A DNA stretch of 53,160 bases, filler included, from Sluysia triapertura (lineage: Eukaryota), in assembly GCA_046118255.1 (NCBI GenBank). It is 4 parts of 4 records of this genome, joined end to end, with 100 filler letters (N's around TTAATTAATTAA, not from the genome) between each part and the next. Parts side by side here need not be neighbours in the genome. Positions count along the whole stretch, not along the records: positions 30,846 to 41,721 come from JBJNIA010192196.1; positions 41,822 to 53,160 come from JBJNIA010184524.1; 2 more parts are not named here. One strand, written 5' to 3'. Position numbers and translations under genes: made by a program. Under the pieces are notes generated by a model. It had not been told where the DNA came from, searched no databases, and saw only the letters and a list, made by a program, of their open reading frames with translations. Below, in pieces: positions 39,390 to 51,880 of this stretch. How positions within the stretch are numbered: position 1 is the stretch's first letter; every line of letters starts with the position of its first letter.

Positions 39390-39766
39390 CTCCTCACCGT
39401 AAGAAGGGAGGAGTAAACTAATACTTAAATTAATTGTGTATTTTTTGTACTTATACCGTAACCGGATAAGTCAAATTGAATTTAAAATCTTATAAAGCTA
39501 AATTCTTTAGAATTTAAGCAATATAAAATAGTTATTTTTATTATAATTAATTGTGTATAATTGATTTTTAGTTATAGTAATAAAGCTTCCTATGTTAAAT
39601 TGTTCTTTAATTAATCACTAAAGTCTTATAAAACGCTAGACCGTAATAAGGCTAGCTTAATATTATAAAATCAATAATTGAGTTTTCAATAATTAGACCG
39701 CAACAGGCTAATTTAACATTTTTTATTAACATTTTATTAACAAGTTAGACCGTAAAAAGGCTAACT
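39390..39766 (+). other. Array of five covarying bulged-A stem-loops (stem-A-CC-GYAA(N2-3)-GG-stem)
   Basis: 39390-39413, 39449-39471, 39635-39656, 39691-39713 and 39743-39766. Each has a different but perfectly complementary 5-6 bp lower stem. Confidence 0.85.
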
Positions 39767-40080
39767 CAAAATCATTAAGTTTAAAATAATTTTAATATTT
39801 TAAATAAACTAAAATTATCTTCAAACGATCCTTATCTTATCCTTTGTTTGATTTTATTTTGCACAGTAAATAATAACAGGCCGCCGTCGTTCAGACTTAA
39901 GTCGTTTTGTTAGGTCGAATTCTTCTAGGCTTATTTGCATTGTAGGTTAGGTGAAACCAAATCGTCTTTGCAGTACTAAGGTACATTATTGTATATAAAA
40001 AATTACTTTTTAATATTTTTCTTTTATTTTTTTATGAATTGTCCTCTTTATGTAAACTTTAATTATTCTTTGTAATCCAG

Positions 40081-41389
40081 TACACACCAAACCAAAACAC
40101 CACAAGCAAGAACCATCAATCAAGTCAAAGTCTTTTACTCTTCCATTGATAAGTTATGCGTCGAAAATACTACACCTAAATTCCTTCCTAACTCGTTTGC
40201 CACGGACTGTAAATTAAAGTCCGAACTAAATGATAATGTGGCAACCCACATCTTTGCTTTATCGTCAGAGGTACCTTTAGTTTCTCTACAAGGGTTATCC
40301 AACGCACCTGACGAATTCGACACAATGTCCATAGTAGCTGCGCGCGGGGCGATTAAGGTCACTTTAGAGTTCGAAAAAATCCCTTTGTTGTTGCGCCTCG
40401 AAAATCATTCAACTTTCCATCTTTCAAATTTATCTAAAAATTGTAAGGTTATGGTAGAATTTCCCACTCATCTTGCTTTTCTCTACTGCTCTTTTCGCTC
40501 CTTCTTTCCTGCCGTTTGCTGAGGATCTCGACAATATAAGTAGATGGAAAAAACGGTTCCTCATATACGCATGTTCCTCCTCCTTCCGCGTATGATGAGG
40601 ATGGACTTATGTTTGTGGCGTTCCAATATGCCACAGATTTCTTAAATAACCCACAATTGATTTGCGTGACCTGCACTTCGTACAGTCGTCAATTCCACAC
40701 CGAGGCTCGCATAAAACCTCGATGCCGCATCCAGAATTTCCGCCGAAACATTCAGGTGGTTACAGATGTCGACGACATCCGGCCTCAGATCATTGGGATC
40801 CTTCGAAACAAAATTCTAGTCTCATTAAACTCTAAATTTCTCATTGAGACATTAAATATTCCTTTTGGGCTACTACGTGGGATAATAAACTTGTCCAATC
40901 ATAACTTGGTTCCGTTTTCCACAGATGATATTTTCATTAGAGCGCGCCAAACGTTGCGGCTCATTTTTCCAGTTTCATCAGTGTTAACATGCAGGCAGAT
41001 GGCCTCAGAACTGGTGACCCTGCTTGATTTCATTAGGGAGCGAGACTTGCAATTAATTTCTCGCTGTAATAACCCTCTACCCGTTCTATTTAAAAAACTG
41101 TCCACCATCCCTAATCCTGCTTCTAAGCTTTCTTCTCCTCCTCCAAAAAAAGGCAAAACTCACCCCTTCTTCCTCTACTTCTTTTTCTATTTTTTCTTTA
41201 ACTTCACCATCATCTACTCCATCATCGACCAAACCATCCACAATTACATCATCAAAAATTTCGCCATGTACTAATTTACCAACGACGGCAGCAAAATATC
41301 AGGAATTACGAACAATATCCCCACAGAAATTCCGAAACGATAATGGCACCCAGTGTCTATTCAGATACGACTACTTACTTCAAGATTAG
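40081..41389 (+). pseudogene. Orphan ORF of LTR element, copy B (~430 codons, about 3 frameshifts)
   Basis: Includes track ORFs 40238-40522 and 40609-41274. Protein-level homology with copy A throughout. A frameshift in the A7 run near 41145 gives PPPKKAK and a Ser/Thr-rich tail ending in TAG at 41389. Confidence 0.75.
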
Positions 41390-41721
41390 GACTCAGTAAT
41401 AATAATGTGATTTATTATAATAATAATTTTTTTTACTGACAACGATAATAATGTGATTAACAATAATAATAAATTTTTTTTATATTCGAGGACGAATTTT
41501 CCTGAAAGGGAAAGTAATGTACATATGTAAATTATTTTTATTTGTGTTTTTATATATGTGCTATTTTATAAATATTATTATTACTATAATTAAAATATAA
41601 ATTAAATAAATATTATAAAAAATTAAATAAAGATTAAACAATATAAAAATATAAAATTAAAATAAATTAAAAAGAAAATAAAGTAATTTGTTTAAATAAA
41701 GTAAATTATTTAGTTTTAGAA

Positions 41722-41821
41722 NNNNNNNNNNNNNNNNNNNNNNNNNNNNNNNNNNNNNNNNNNNNTTAATTAATTAANNNNNNNNNNNNNNNNNNNNNNN
41801 NNNNNNNNNNNNNNNNNNNNN
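41722..41821. other. Artificial contig-join spacer
   Basis: 44 N + TTAATTAATTAA + 44 N. Confidence 0.95.
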
Positions 41822-42503
41822 TTAATCCACAGTTTGAAATTTATTTGCTAAATAAATCTTAATGGGGGAAATGAAAAAGCCGGTATGAAAATTTAAAACG
41901 AAAATGTATTATTTATAAGAAAAGTTGCAATATCTAAATTAGGTGAAATGTAGAATAAAACAATAGTAGTTTTAAATTTTTGTTTATATTTATGATATTT
42001 ATTAGTTTTGTTTTAATATTTATAATTATATTTTAAATAATTTGAAAACGATTTAAAAAATAATTAAAATTTTGAAATGTATTTTAAATTTTCAAAGCGT
42101 GTTTGATATTGAAGAGCATATTTTATTTTTAGGTTTTTATATTTTCTATATTTATAAATTAAAATATATTGTTTTATTCGATGATCCAACACTTTCATTT
42201 TATTTATTATCTTTATTTTATTTATTATTATTGTTATATACAATTATTTGGTGGTTCAAACATTTCATTTAAAATTGCACTATTTCAAATATTACAAATT
42301 ATTTAAAATAAACAAAATATGCAATCACGTACAGACTTAGCACATCAACATAAAAACCACTAAAAACCTAAAGTCAAACACTGTTTCTATAAATGAAATT
42401 TCTATAATAACAACTTCTAAATGTTCTTTATACTTTTGTTATTTTGAGACTTTATTATTATTATTATTATTATTATTGTTATTGTTATTATTATTATGTT
42501 ATA

Positions 42504-44190
42504 CTATAGTGGGAATAGGTTTTGGTCTTTGTTTATTACAGTTTGTCGATTTACCTTTTCCTTTGTGGTTAAACTCTTTGTTATTTCGTCTATTTGTTCT
42601 AACTTGTCTTGATTTTTTAATTTATTTTTATCATAATTCTGTTTAACAACATTTCTAATTTCATTAATTAATTCTCGTATCTGATTATTTTCATTATTCT
42701 TAAGTTCATCATTTCCCGTTGCATTATCATTTTCTAATTCATTTAATAAGTCATAGAAGTTTGGATCATCGTCTAAGTCTACTAGTTCTTCGTCAAATGT
42801 TACATTTTGATTTCTCTTCATGCCGTAGTTGCATTATTTGGTACGCTTTTAATTGGACTTTTACTTATTGATTCATTTTCTTTTTTATTATCATTGCTTT
42901 TTTGACACCATTCTTTTTCATCTCTTCTTTATTTTGTTCCTTATCTAACTTTTTTTCAAGCCGCATCCAAAAACTTAAAAAGGGTCATAATTTAGGGGGT
43001 GCGGTTTATACGTTGATGTTTAAAATCCTCAAAACTTCCTGACTCTAATAAATAAAAAATGTCATTTTTAATGCAAAGTCCTATTCTAATAAACTATCTC
43101 GTCATTGTGCGATATATTTGTTTAAATATTATATTCCGCAGAGTAACCAGGAGAGTATTTCTAAGTAGATTTATTTAATACAGGGACCAGCATCTTAGCT
43201 TTTGTATTTTAATGGTGCGGCTTATACGTCAATTACATTTTCTGAAAAATATTGGGAATGTGCGGCTTATAGTCTGGAAAGTACGGTATTTGTTTCTTCT
43301 ATTATCACTAATATTTCTTCCTTGGGGTTTTCTCCAATAGGATAACTGCAGGCTACAATTATTTTCACCGTCATCTGATTCTTGTTTATTATATAATATC
43401 TTTATTTGCATACCACAACAATTAATTTCATTCTTAATTTTATCTATAATGAATCCTGCAGTCGTATGAATATGTCGTTGGATTTCTTTTGTTTCGTAAG
43501 GTAATTATTATTATTATTATTAATATAAATAATTCAACCTAATTTTTTTTGTCTTACATATTTACCATAACTCTTTAGTATAGCTTTTGCGTATTTCTTT
43601 TCGTTTTCATTGAAAAGGTCTCTTATAATTTTTAATAGAGTTTCCGTTTTGCTAATATCTACACCTTCTGTTGCGTATTCCCTTAAGGCATTAAGTAATT
43701 CTCTATGTCCCATACTCTTTTTTATGATTTCTTTTGTATCTTCTTGAGCGGTATGCCTAGTTTCTTCATCCCCAACGGATGCTCCTGCTACTATTGTATT
43801 CATTTGCCCATCATCTAACTGACTCCTTGTTTCTTTTTCTTCTTTGTCTTTTTGATCTATCTTTTGTCGTTGATACATCGTGTACCATTCCTTGTTATCC
43901 ATTGTAACAAAGTTTCGCACTTGTTCCATTTCATTATTTTCCAACACATAAACATGATTTCTATCTAGCGGAAAGTTCGTAGCGTGATCTGGCAAGCTCT
44001 CTCATAATGTCCATATTTTTTTCTATGATTGCAATATATCCTAACCCTTATATCTACTTTATTTCTGTCGGAGGAATTTTGAAATTTATCTCTGTAGTCA
44101 TTATGTGGTCAAACTTTAAGAAATCGATTTATTTGACTGTGTGTAATCATACCTTTGTGGTGAATTGTCTTTACGTATCCACTTACGTAT
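42504..44190 (-). pseudogene. Decayed gag/ORF1-like coding region with degenerate CCHC zinc knuckle
   Basis: CNHRKKYGHYERAC at 43992-44033 fits Cx2(C>R)x4Hx4C. It is followed by charged helical ORF fragments (43534-43995, 42504-42821) and interrupted by a pogo-like element. Confidence 0.5.
42950..43288. mobile_element. Non-autonomous pogo/Tigger-like element
   Basis: Terminus reverse complement TA|CCGTACTTTCCAGACTATAAGCCGCAC. Internal repeated TGCGG(C/T)TTATA motifs at ~43000, 43216 and 43261. Left TIR degraded. Confidence 0.65.
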
Positions 44191-46324
44191 CAACTAGACA
44201 CACCTTATAGTTGTATTTGAACATTGATTTTAATTAAACAAAACCATTATTTTTATTGTAGAATTGATAAATACTGAAATAAATATAATAAGTACTTTTA
44301 AGATAGATAAAATTAAATAAAATTTAAAATTTGCTTAGCAACTCAGTATGATATACTTAGTTTTCTAGCATAATAAGGTTTAGATTTCATAATACTATCC
44401 ATTTTTTTACATTATTTGCTTTATTTGTAAATGAATATTATCAATACAATCTTTTATCTCCAATAGAATATAAAGTAGCATCATTTTTATTAACGACATA
44501 CAGCTGATTAACGAGTATAATTGATGAAAGTAATTTTGTAATTACAAAAACCTCTAAAGTGTTTTATGTCAACAAATTTCTCTTTAATAAATCAATTATT
44601 ATATGCATGTTTTATGTTCTTTGATGCAACTCATAAATAATATTGATATATAGAGTTTTCACCATGCTCACAGTTGAAGTTTCTAAGATTAACATGAATA
44701 TATCTTAATGCTTACTTAAGATAATATGTATTTGAGAAATTCTTTATTTTTAATTTGTAATTTTTTTTACTCCCAAGTGCTTTACAAACTTGACATTTAT
44801 TACGAGATTTGATAAATTCCTTCATTTAAGATTTTTATAAAAAATATAAACATATAAATATAAAATATAAAATATAAATATTTTGAAAGATATATTAAGG
44901 TAAATTATTTCTTATATCTAGATTGGTAATAGATGTAAATGTTATTGTGAAACTGAAAGTACGGAATATAGAATGCAGCATGAATTCAAACATAAAATGG
45001 ATTAAAACTTTAATTTTACTGTTGAAAAGTTTAAATATCAGTTGAAGAGAATATCAAATATTATTAAATTTAATAATAAATATATTCAAACTTTATTGCA
45101 TATTCTATGTTAACTAATAATAAAGGTTTATAACGAAGGTTTACTCATTTAAATAAAATTAAGTGCGAAACATTTAAATGTTCGTGTTAAACGTAAATAC
45201 CCCGTTTAATTTAATTAGTTTAATGTTAAATACAATATACTTTTAAAGAAAAATGAATTTTGATAATACTTTAAACATTTTTATTATGATTAATACAAAA
45301 ATTTTCTTGTATGGTTCATTTTAACAAACAATTTGTAACAATCTGTTGCAATTTTCTATGCATTTCACATACAAACTTTTAACAGTTACTGCATGTTGTG
45401 TTCACCTTTTTACTATATTTCATTGGACACTGTGAACATCTTTTACGTTTCTTATGAAGATTTGCTCACTCAGGTTCATGTTTTACAACATCATCTTATT
45501 TGACATGTCACAATATACTAAGAATTAAATTTCTTCAATATATAAAGGTAATTTTGCCGAAATGTACAAATAAACAAGTTATTAAAAAATTGTCTGAGGT
45601 ATTCAAAAGATTAAGGGTTAAATAATTAGTTTTGAATCAATCACTAAACTATTTTTTCAATTAAAAATGAGATCTTACGTAACATCTTATTTTGAGGTGT
45701 TAGACTAGTCATCAATAAAATCAAGATTAAAATTCAAAATACTGACAGTAACCTTTAAATGCGTATCTCTTAGAAATAAGAAAAATTTTGAAACCAACTG
45801 AATTTCTTTAGGATATAAAAATTTATATTCAGTGGAAGATTCAGATTTTAAAAGAAAAAGTTTTTTTTGAAACATTACGATTTCAGATTAGATATTAGCA
45901 CTATATAAAATAATTTATAATAATTATTTTTATTATTATCAATATTAAAATTATCATTATTTCTATCATTATTATTATTAATATCATATTGTACAATAAA
46001 CTATTCTATTTTAAAATTAATGAAGTTAAATTTCCCATGAAAATATCTAAAAATTAACGTCTAATAAAAATAGAACAACTTCTTCATTTATATATAAACG
46101 CAAAATAAATTAATTAACATAAATTTTATATGATTAAAAATACAAAATAAAACTTACACTATAGAAAATTAATCAAGATTTTATTACTTAAACATATTGA
46201 TAAATACTGCGATTAAAAAATGACAGAAATTTTAATGAATATGAAATTATATTTTACTAGGTTTTATTCAAAACTTTTACAAATAGATGTGAAATAAAAA
46301 CATTAATTTAATTTTACATTTGCT

Positions 46325-46326
<2 letters not shown>

Positions 46327-46360
<34 letters not shown>
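46327..46360. repeat. (TA)n microsatellite
   Basis: Direct reading. Confidence 0.95.
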
Positions 46361-46363
<3 letters not shown>

Positions 46364-47600
46364 ATATTTTAATTTTATTTAAATAAAGTAAAAATTAATT
46401 TACTTATAAAGAAATTTTGATAATTTCAAATGAAATTTAATAATTACTATTTTACTAATTAATTTAAATTTTAAATTTGTTAGTTATTGAAACTTTATAA
46501 ATATTTCAATCGACAAAAATAACAATGATTATTTGTTATTAGTCTAAAATAATTATCATTGAAATAATATATTTTGGTACAATTTAATAATTCAACGCAT
46601 GTACAATGATTTAAATAATAGATGGAATTTATCGTTTCAATAAAAAATAGGATTATATTTACTTCACAACAATGTTTAAATCAAAATAATAAATTTTCAC
46701 ATTAATTTTAACAAAAAATTAATGTGTTACTTTAAAATCACTAAATTTATAAAGGAATATTCATTTAAAATAAGATAAAATATGATTATCAAGGGCATTT
46801 ATAAATTATTATAAATTATAAATTATAAATATTAATGAAATATTTGTCATTTTTGATTTTGTTAGAANNNNNNNNNNNNNNNNNNNNNNNNNNNNNNNNN
46901 NNNNNNNNNNNNNNNNNNNNNNNNNNNNNNNNNNNNNNNNNNNNNNNNNNNNNNNNNNNNNNNNNNNNNNNNNNNNNNNNNNNNNNNNNNNNNNNNNNNN
47001 NNNNNNNAGAAGACCAATTAAAAATTTTTTATTTATTAATGTAAAATTATAAAATGTGGATGTTCTGTTCAAAAGGTAATATTTTTCAAATTTTCAAATC
47101 ATTCTGAAATTTAAATGAAGAAATAAAACTTGCCAAAAAAGAATAAATAACAAAAGGAAAATTTTTTAATGATATATCTTTTAAATTTAAATCTCAAAAT
47201 ATTTCAAAAACACAAAATTGTAATTAAAATCAAATTTAAAATAATTACTTAGCATAATTTATTCTACAAAATTTGAAATATTAATAATAGAGTTAATCCC
47301 TGAAATCTTCATTGATTTTATAATTTGAACTATTCTCAATTTTGACTTTTAAAAATCAAATTATATAAATATAATTTTTCATACTGTTTATAAAAAATAA
47401 GAATGCATATTAAAAGGAAAATAAATCCGTAATGGAAAATTAAGTTTACTATAAAATTAAATTTTACAAAATAAAGCATTTAAAGTAATATTTTTTAAAA
47501 TTATCATTTAATTGAAAGTGTTTAATATTTACTTTTAAATAAAACATTATTACACATTATTTCGAAGATTATTTTGTTTGATGAATCAATTTTTGTTAAG

Positions 47601-50386
47601 ATCGATAATACAGAAACTACAAAAGAAATACAAAATGTTCAATTAATTAAAAACTTTAAAACAGAAGAATCAGAAGACGAAAATCAACAATATTCTACAC
47701 CACCTGTTCCCAAAATGAATATAATTGAACCTATAACAAACTCTCCAGCTGGTGATAAAAAGCAATTAGAGAATTCTGAGCAGAAACAATATGATACTGA
47801 AGAATCAGTGCCTGAATATCATGAAGGGGTAGGTTTTATGAATGATATTTTCTATACATAATAAAATTTAAATAATAAAATTTGGGTTAAATAGTGCAAA
47901 ATTAAAATAAAACATCTTTTTATCGCTAATAAAATCAAATAATATTATTAATTAATTAAATTTAATTAATTATTAATTATTAATTATTTTAAATTATACT
48001 TGTTAACCATAAACATATTTAGGATATCTTTTATTTTTTATAAATTTCGTATACGTTTAGAAAATATTTATAATATAATATATGTAATATGTACTTATAT
48101 TTGTTATAAATTATGTATTCAACAGCATCTTAATCCCTTCACTTAGTTATTAAATGGTTGAAAGTAAATTAAAAAATAAAATTACAATTTTACATTAACA
48201 TTGCGAAAATAAATTTTAAAATTTTTTAATGCATACGAATTTTAACTTAAAATAAAACAATTTTGTAAATAATTATTTAGTAAGATTCCCAAATAACTAC
48301 ATTCCTGAAAAAAACATAAGCTCTAAAAATCAACTATAAGTACTATAAATCAACAATAGTACATAGGTTATTAATGCAAAAATTTTATTTCAACTAATCA
48401 TATTATTTTTAGAATAATTTTGGGCCCTTTTTTTAAAGGAGACGATCATAAATGAAATTTCTCAGTACCCAACAGAAGTATTTTTAGAATTAAAACAATT
48501 TAATACGATATAGTGGATTAGTTGTTTATATTAAATTTTATAAATAAGTCGATTGTGTATTTTTAATACAGAAAATGCTATTAAAAAACCGAATTAATAA
48601 TAATAATAATTTGAAAATCAAAGAAAAATTCAAATTTATAATTTTCGGTAATACAAACAACTATAATAAATGAAATAATTAAATAAATAATTAATTTTAA
48701 GGCGAATCTCTGAGTATGGAATATCGGTTGTAAAAATAAATATAAATTGTATTTTCTAAAATATGTCAATACCAATCATTTATTTATTAGTAAAGACAGA
48801 GCAAATTTAATTGTGCATTCAGATTATAACTAATAAAAATGAGTAAACACAAATGAATGTCATTACTGTAACAATTTATATATAACATGTCCTATGTGGT
48901 AATAATAAGATAAATAATAGGTTGCACATTGTTTAAAAAATATACGAGATATACTAGAGAATTAGAAGATTATGAAATTTTTAAGAATAGAAAGTACTTT
49001 CTACTTCAGAAATATTATAATTAATGATGTATTTTATTTCAATGATTTTGTAGTACTTATTACTGACTTCGGGCATAGGTCAACGTCAAAATTGCATACC
49101 CTGAGTTAATTTGGGCAGCTTTGTTTTTGACTTCGAATTAATGCACATGTCCAAATTAGCTAGGTGACGAATCGCAACTTGAATAACATGTAAAAATAAG
49201 TTTAATGCATAATACCTAGTATTTTATGATATATATTTTTTGCATTTATTACATTATATTTATTTTCATTATATTCTTAATTTTAAAATAATAGAGGTAA
49301 TTTCTTTATTTCTTAATATTCGTTTTGATAATTTAATTATAAAAGATAATTTTAGTTTTGTTTGCTGCCACCAAAGAGATAGAAAGGAAAAAGTAAGGCT
49401 TGAGTCACGCTACCATTGTAGTTCATTAATGTTGCATTTATATGAAGGTACAATCTTTTATTAATGTAAATTTCCTCTATTAACTTATTCTGAAAGTAAT
49501 ATCTATATTTTATCTTTTTGTTTACCTTACCTGGAAGTTTGAATTCGAATACTCGTCTCAGTTATTCGAGATGAAAGTTCTTAACAAAAGTTCTACTACT
49601 TTAAAATTTATTTATTTAAAAGTGTTGCATTGTGTGCAGAAATTTGTTTTATGGTTTACCATATTTAATTCTACGTTATACAATATCGATAAAACCTAGC
49701 AAATAAAGTTTTTTTATTCAATTAATATTAAATTTCCATTTTTAACCTAAAACCTCTTTTTTTCTTTTTATTTTTGTGACTTCTTATAAGTCTAGGCTAA
49801 AAAAGTAATCATGGTCTTGTCGAAAAAAATCATGCGTCAAGTGATTCACTGATTAATGATACGAAAAGTATTCACATTATTGAATTTTCTAAACAGAATG
49901 AAAAATAAATAAAATAATTATTTAATAAATTAATTTCATCTTAAGATGTTATATTAAAAAGTAAAACATTTTAGCAACAACCAAATACATCTGAAAATAG
50001 TATAATTCAACAAGCGACTGTAATAATTCATACACAAGATACACAACAAAACCATGCAGAAGCAATGTTGCCAGATCAAATTAGTCAAGATTCAAAAAAA
50101 TCACAAGAACCAGAAGAGGCAGTAGCTTTACAAGAACTAGATCTGGCAATAGCCCATACTGAAGATGTCGAAATTGAAAATCAAAACAATGACGATGATA
50201 ATGGGAAAAAAACAGAAGAACAAGAACAAGAACAAGAACGAGAACAGGAAGAAGAGCTTCTACTGGCTTCTACAAATATAATACCAATACGTGAAAAACA
50301 AGAAACGGAAAGTAAGGAGAAAAGCAATGATGAAAAAGAAATTTGTGACAGTGAATGTGAAACTGATAATTTAGATAATAATTCTA
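47601..50386 (+). CDS. Two exons (47601-47828, 49975-50386) of an acidic, E/Q/N-rich low-complexity protein; partial
   Basis: AG/GT-bounded open frames with a phase-0 join (..YHEG|QQPNTSEN..) and similar composition. The second exon ends A|GTAAGT or at TAA 50394. Start and end exons not established. Confidence 0.55.
49443..49620 (+). repeat. ~180-bp near-identical direct repeat, copy 1 (copy 2 at 51702-51880)
   Basis: TGAAGGTACAATCTTTTATTAATGTAAATTTCCTCTATTAAC...TTTATTTATTTAAA present twice with few differences. Confidence 0.9.
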
Positions 50387-51701
50387 GTAAGTAATAATAT
50401 TTTATAATAAATTATCCAATTATTATATTATACATTAAACTATACTGCGTCACATTATATTTCTGCCTTTGTTATTACATAATCTGCATTTATGTATAAT
50501 ACAAATCCTATTTTAATTTTATTAAGTATTCATGTTATAAAAAAAATTATAATTATTGTTACATAATTATTATTATTTCTATAAAAATTATAAATCACTT
50601 AAAACGTGCATATAATACAAAACAAAATGTGGTATGTTGTATTACATTAATTAAATATTAATTTTTAAATATTTAAATTATTATTATTACTCAATTAAAA
50701 TCACATTATTTTTCTCATTGCATTTAAAAAAGTAAATTTAAAAAACTAAGTTTATGTTTTATATTCTAAGTTAGATTTCAAGTTACAAATCAAACATTAT
50801 TATTTACTTTTACATAGTGTTTTTATGTCTTTATTGCTGAAATTTTTTTAAAAATTAAAATCATTTCCTAAAATAATTAAATTAAAAAAATTATGAATTG
50901 AAATTTATGCTGAATAAGCTTAAATCATTTGCTTTTATTTTGTTTATAAGTACTTAAAAGTATCAAAAAGTTTAATAATAATAAACATTAATAATAAAGT
51001 ATTATTTTTAATTTCTGATTTAAAGATAATTCAATAATTGTTCTATGAAATTTTACAGACATTTTTAAGGCGAAGTCATGTTCAATTTTTTGAAATTTAA
51101 ATTTAAATTTATCTTTAGTGATTAAATTTAAATTTATCTTTAACTTTAGTACAATTAGTAAGAATAAAAAATACACAAAGTTTTAAACGTATTAATTATA
51201 TTTAATGTATTAAATGATTTAATGAAAGTATGATTAAATCATTCAATCTAGTAATAATATATCTATTTTCGAAATAGATTTTGTAACATTTTCAATAAAC
51301 TCTAAAAATTGAAAATTTTATTACTGTTTATTATTATTAAGTTTTAATTTTTGAATCATTATTTTTATAATAGTAGAAGTAAAAACTGAAATAATTATTT
51401 AAAGTATTGGATTTTAAAATCTAATAATATTGATTAAATACTTTAAAAGAATTGTGTGATAATATGATCTACAAAATTTATATTTATTTTTTATTTTATA
51501 CTTATATTTTATATATTGATATTTAATTTTATTATTAAAATCTAAATAAAAAATATAAATGTGATTAATTAAATTTAATTAAGTAATAATAATAATATAA
51601 TTATAGTATATATGAACATGTTGAAATGAACTCTTAGTCTCTGATACTAATCTAAACTTCTTCAATATTATTCTCACTTTATATCACTACTTAAATTTAT
51701 C

Positions 51702-51880
51702 TGAAGGTACAATCTTTTATTAATGTAAATTTCCTCTATTAACTAATTCTGGAAGTAATATCTATATTTTATCTTTTTTGTTTACCTTACCTGGAAGTTT
51801 GAATTCGAATACTCGTCTCAGTTATTCGAGATGGAAGTGCTTAACAAAAGTTCGACTACTTTACAATTTATTTATTTAAA
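51702..51880 (+). repeat. ~180-bp near-identical direct repeat, copy 2
   Basis: Matches 49443-49620. Confidence 0.9.

Larger units (their letters stand above)
38960..41721 (+). mobile_element. Orphan-ORF LTR retroelement, copy B: putative 5' LTR (to 39878), degenerate PBS-like site, ORF, PPT (41485-41517), 3' LTR start (41518, cut by contig end)
   Basis: TATA (GGGTATAAAA, ~39270), donor ATG|GTAAGT at 39360/61, ..TAATAACA then GGCCGCCGTCGTTCAGAC, acceptor TTCTTTGTAATCCAG| at 40080, ORF, then TCGAGGACGAATTTTCCTGAAAGGGAAAGTAA|TGT. The left boundary is a guess. Confidence 0.6.

Noticed and set aside
39320-39420. ATG|GTAAGT as a flatworm spliced-leader RNA gene
   Set aside because: No SL-type 5' hairpin and no convincing Sm site. 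Better explained as an element splice donor.
39390-39766. CRISPR-like repeat-spacer array
   Set aside because: Repeats are not identical, the context is eukaryotic and there are no cas genes. Conservation is structural rather than sequence-level.
40135-41156. Minus-strand ORFs (40135-40362, 40449-40676, 40899-41156)
   Set aside because: Shadow ORFs. Protein homology with copy A identifies the + strand as coding.
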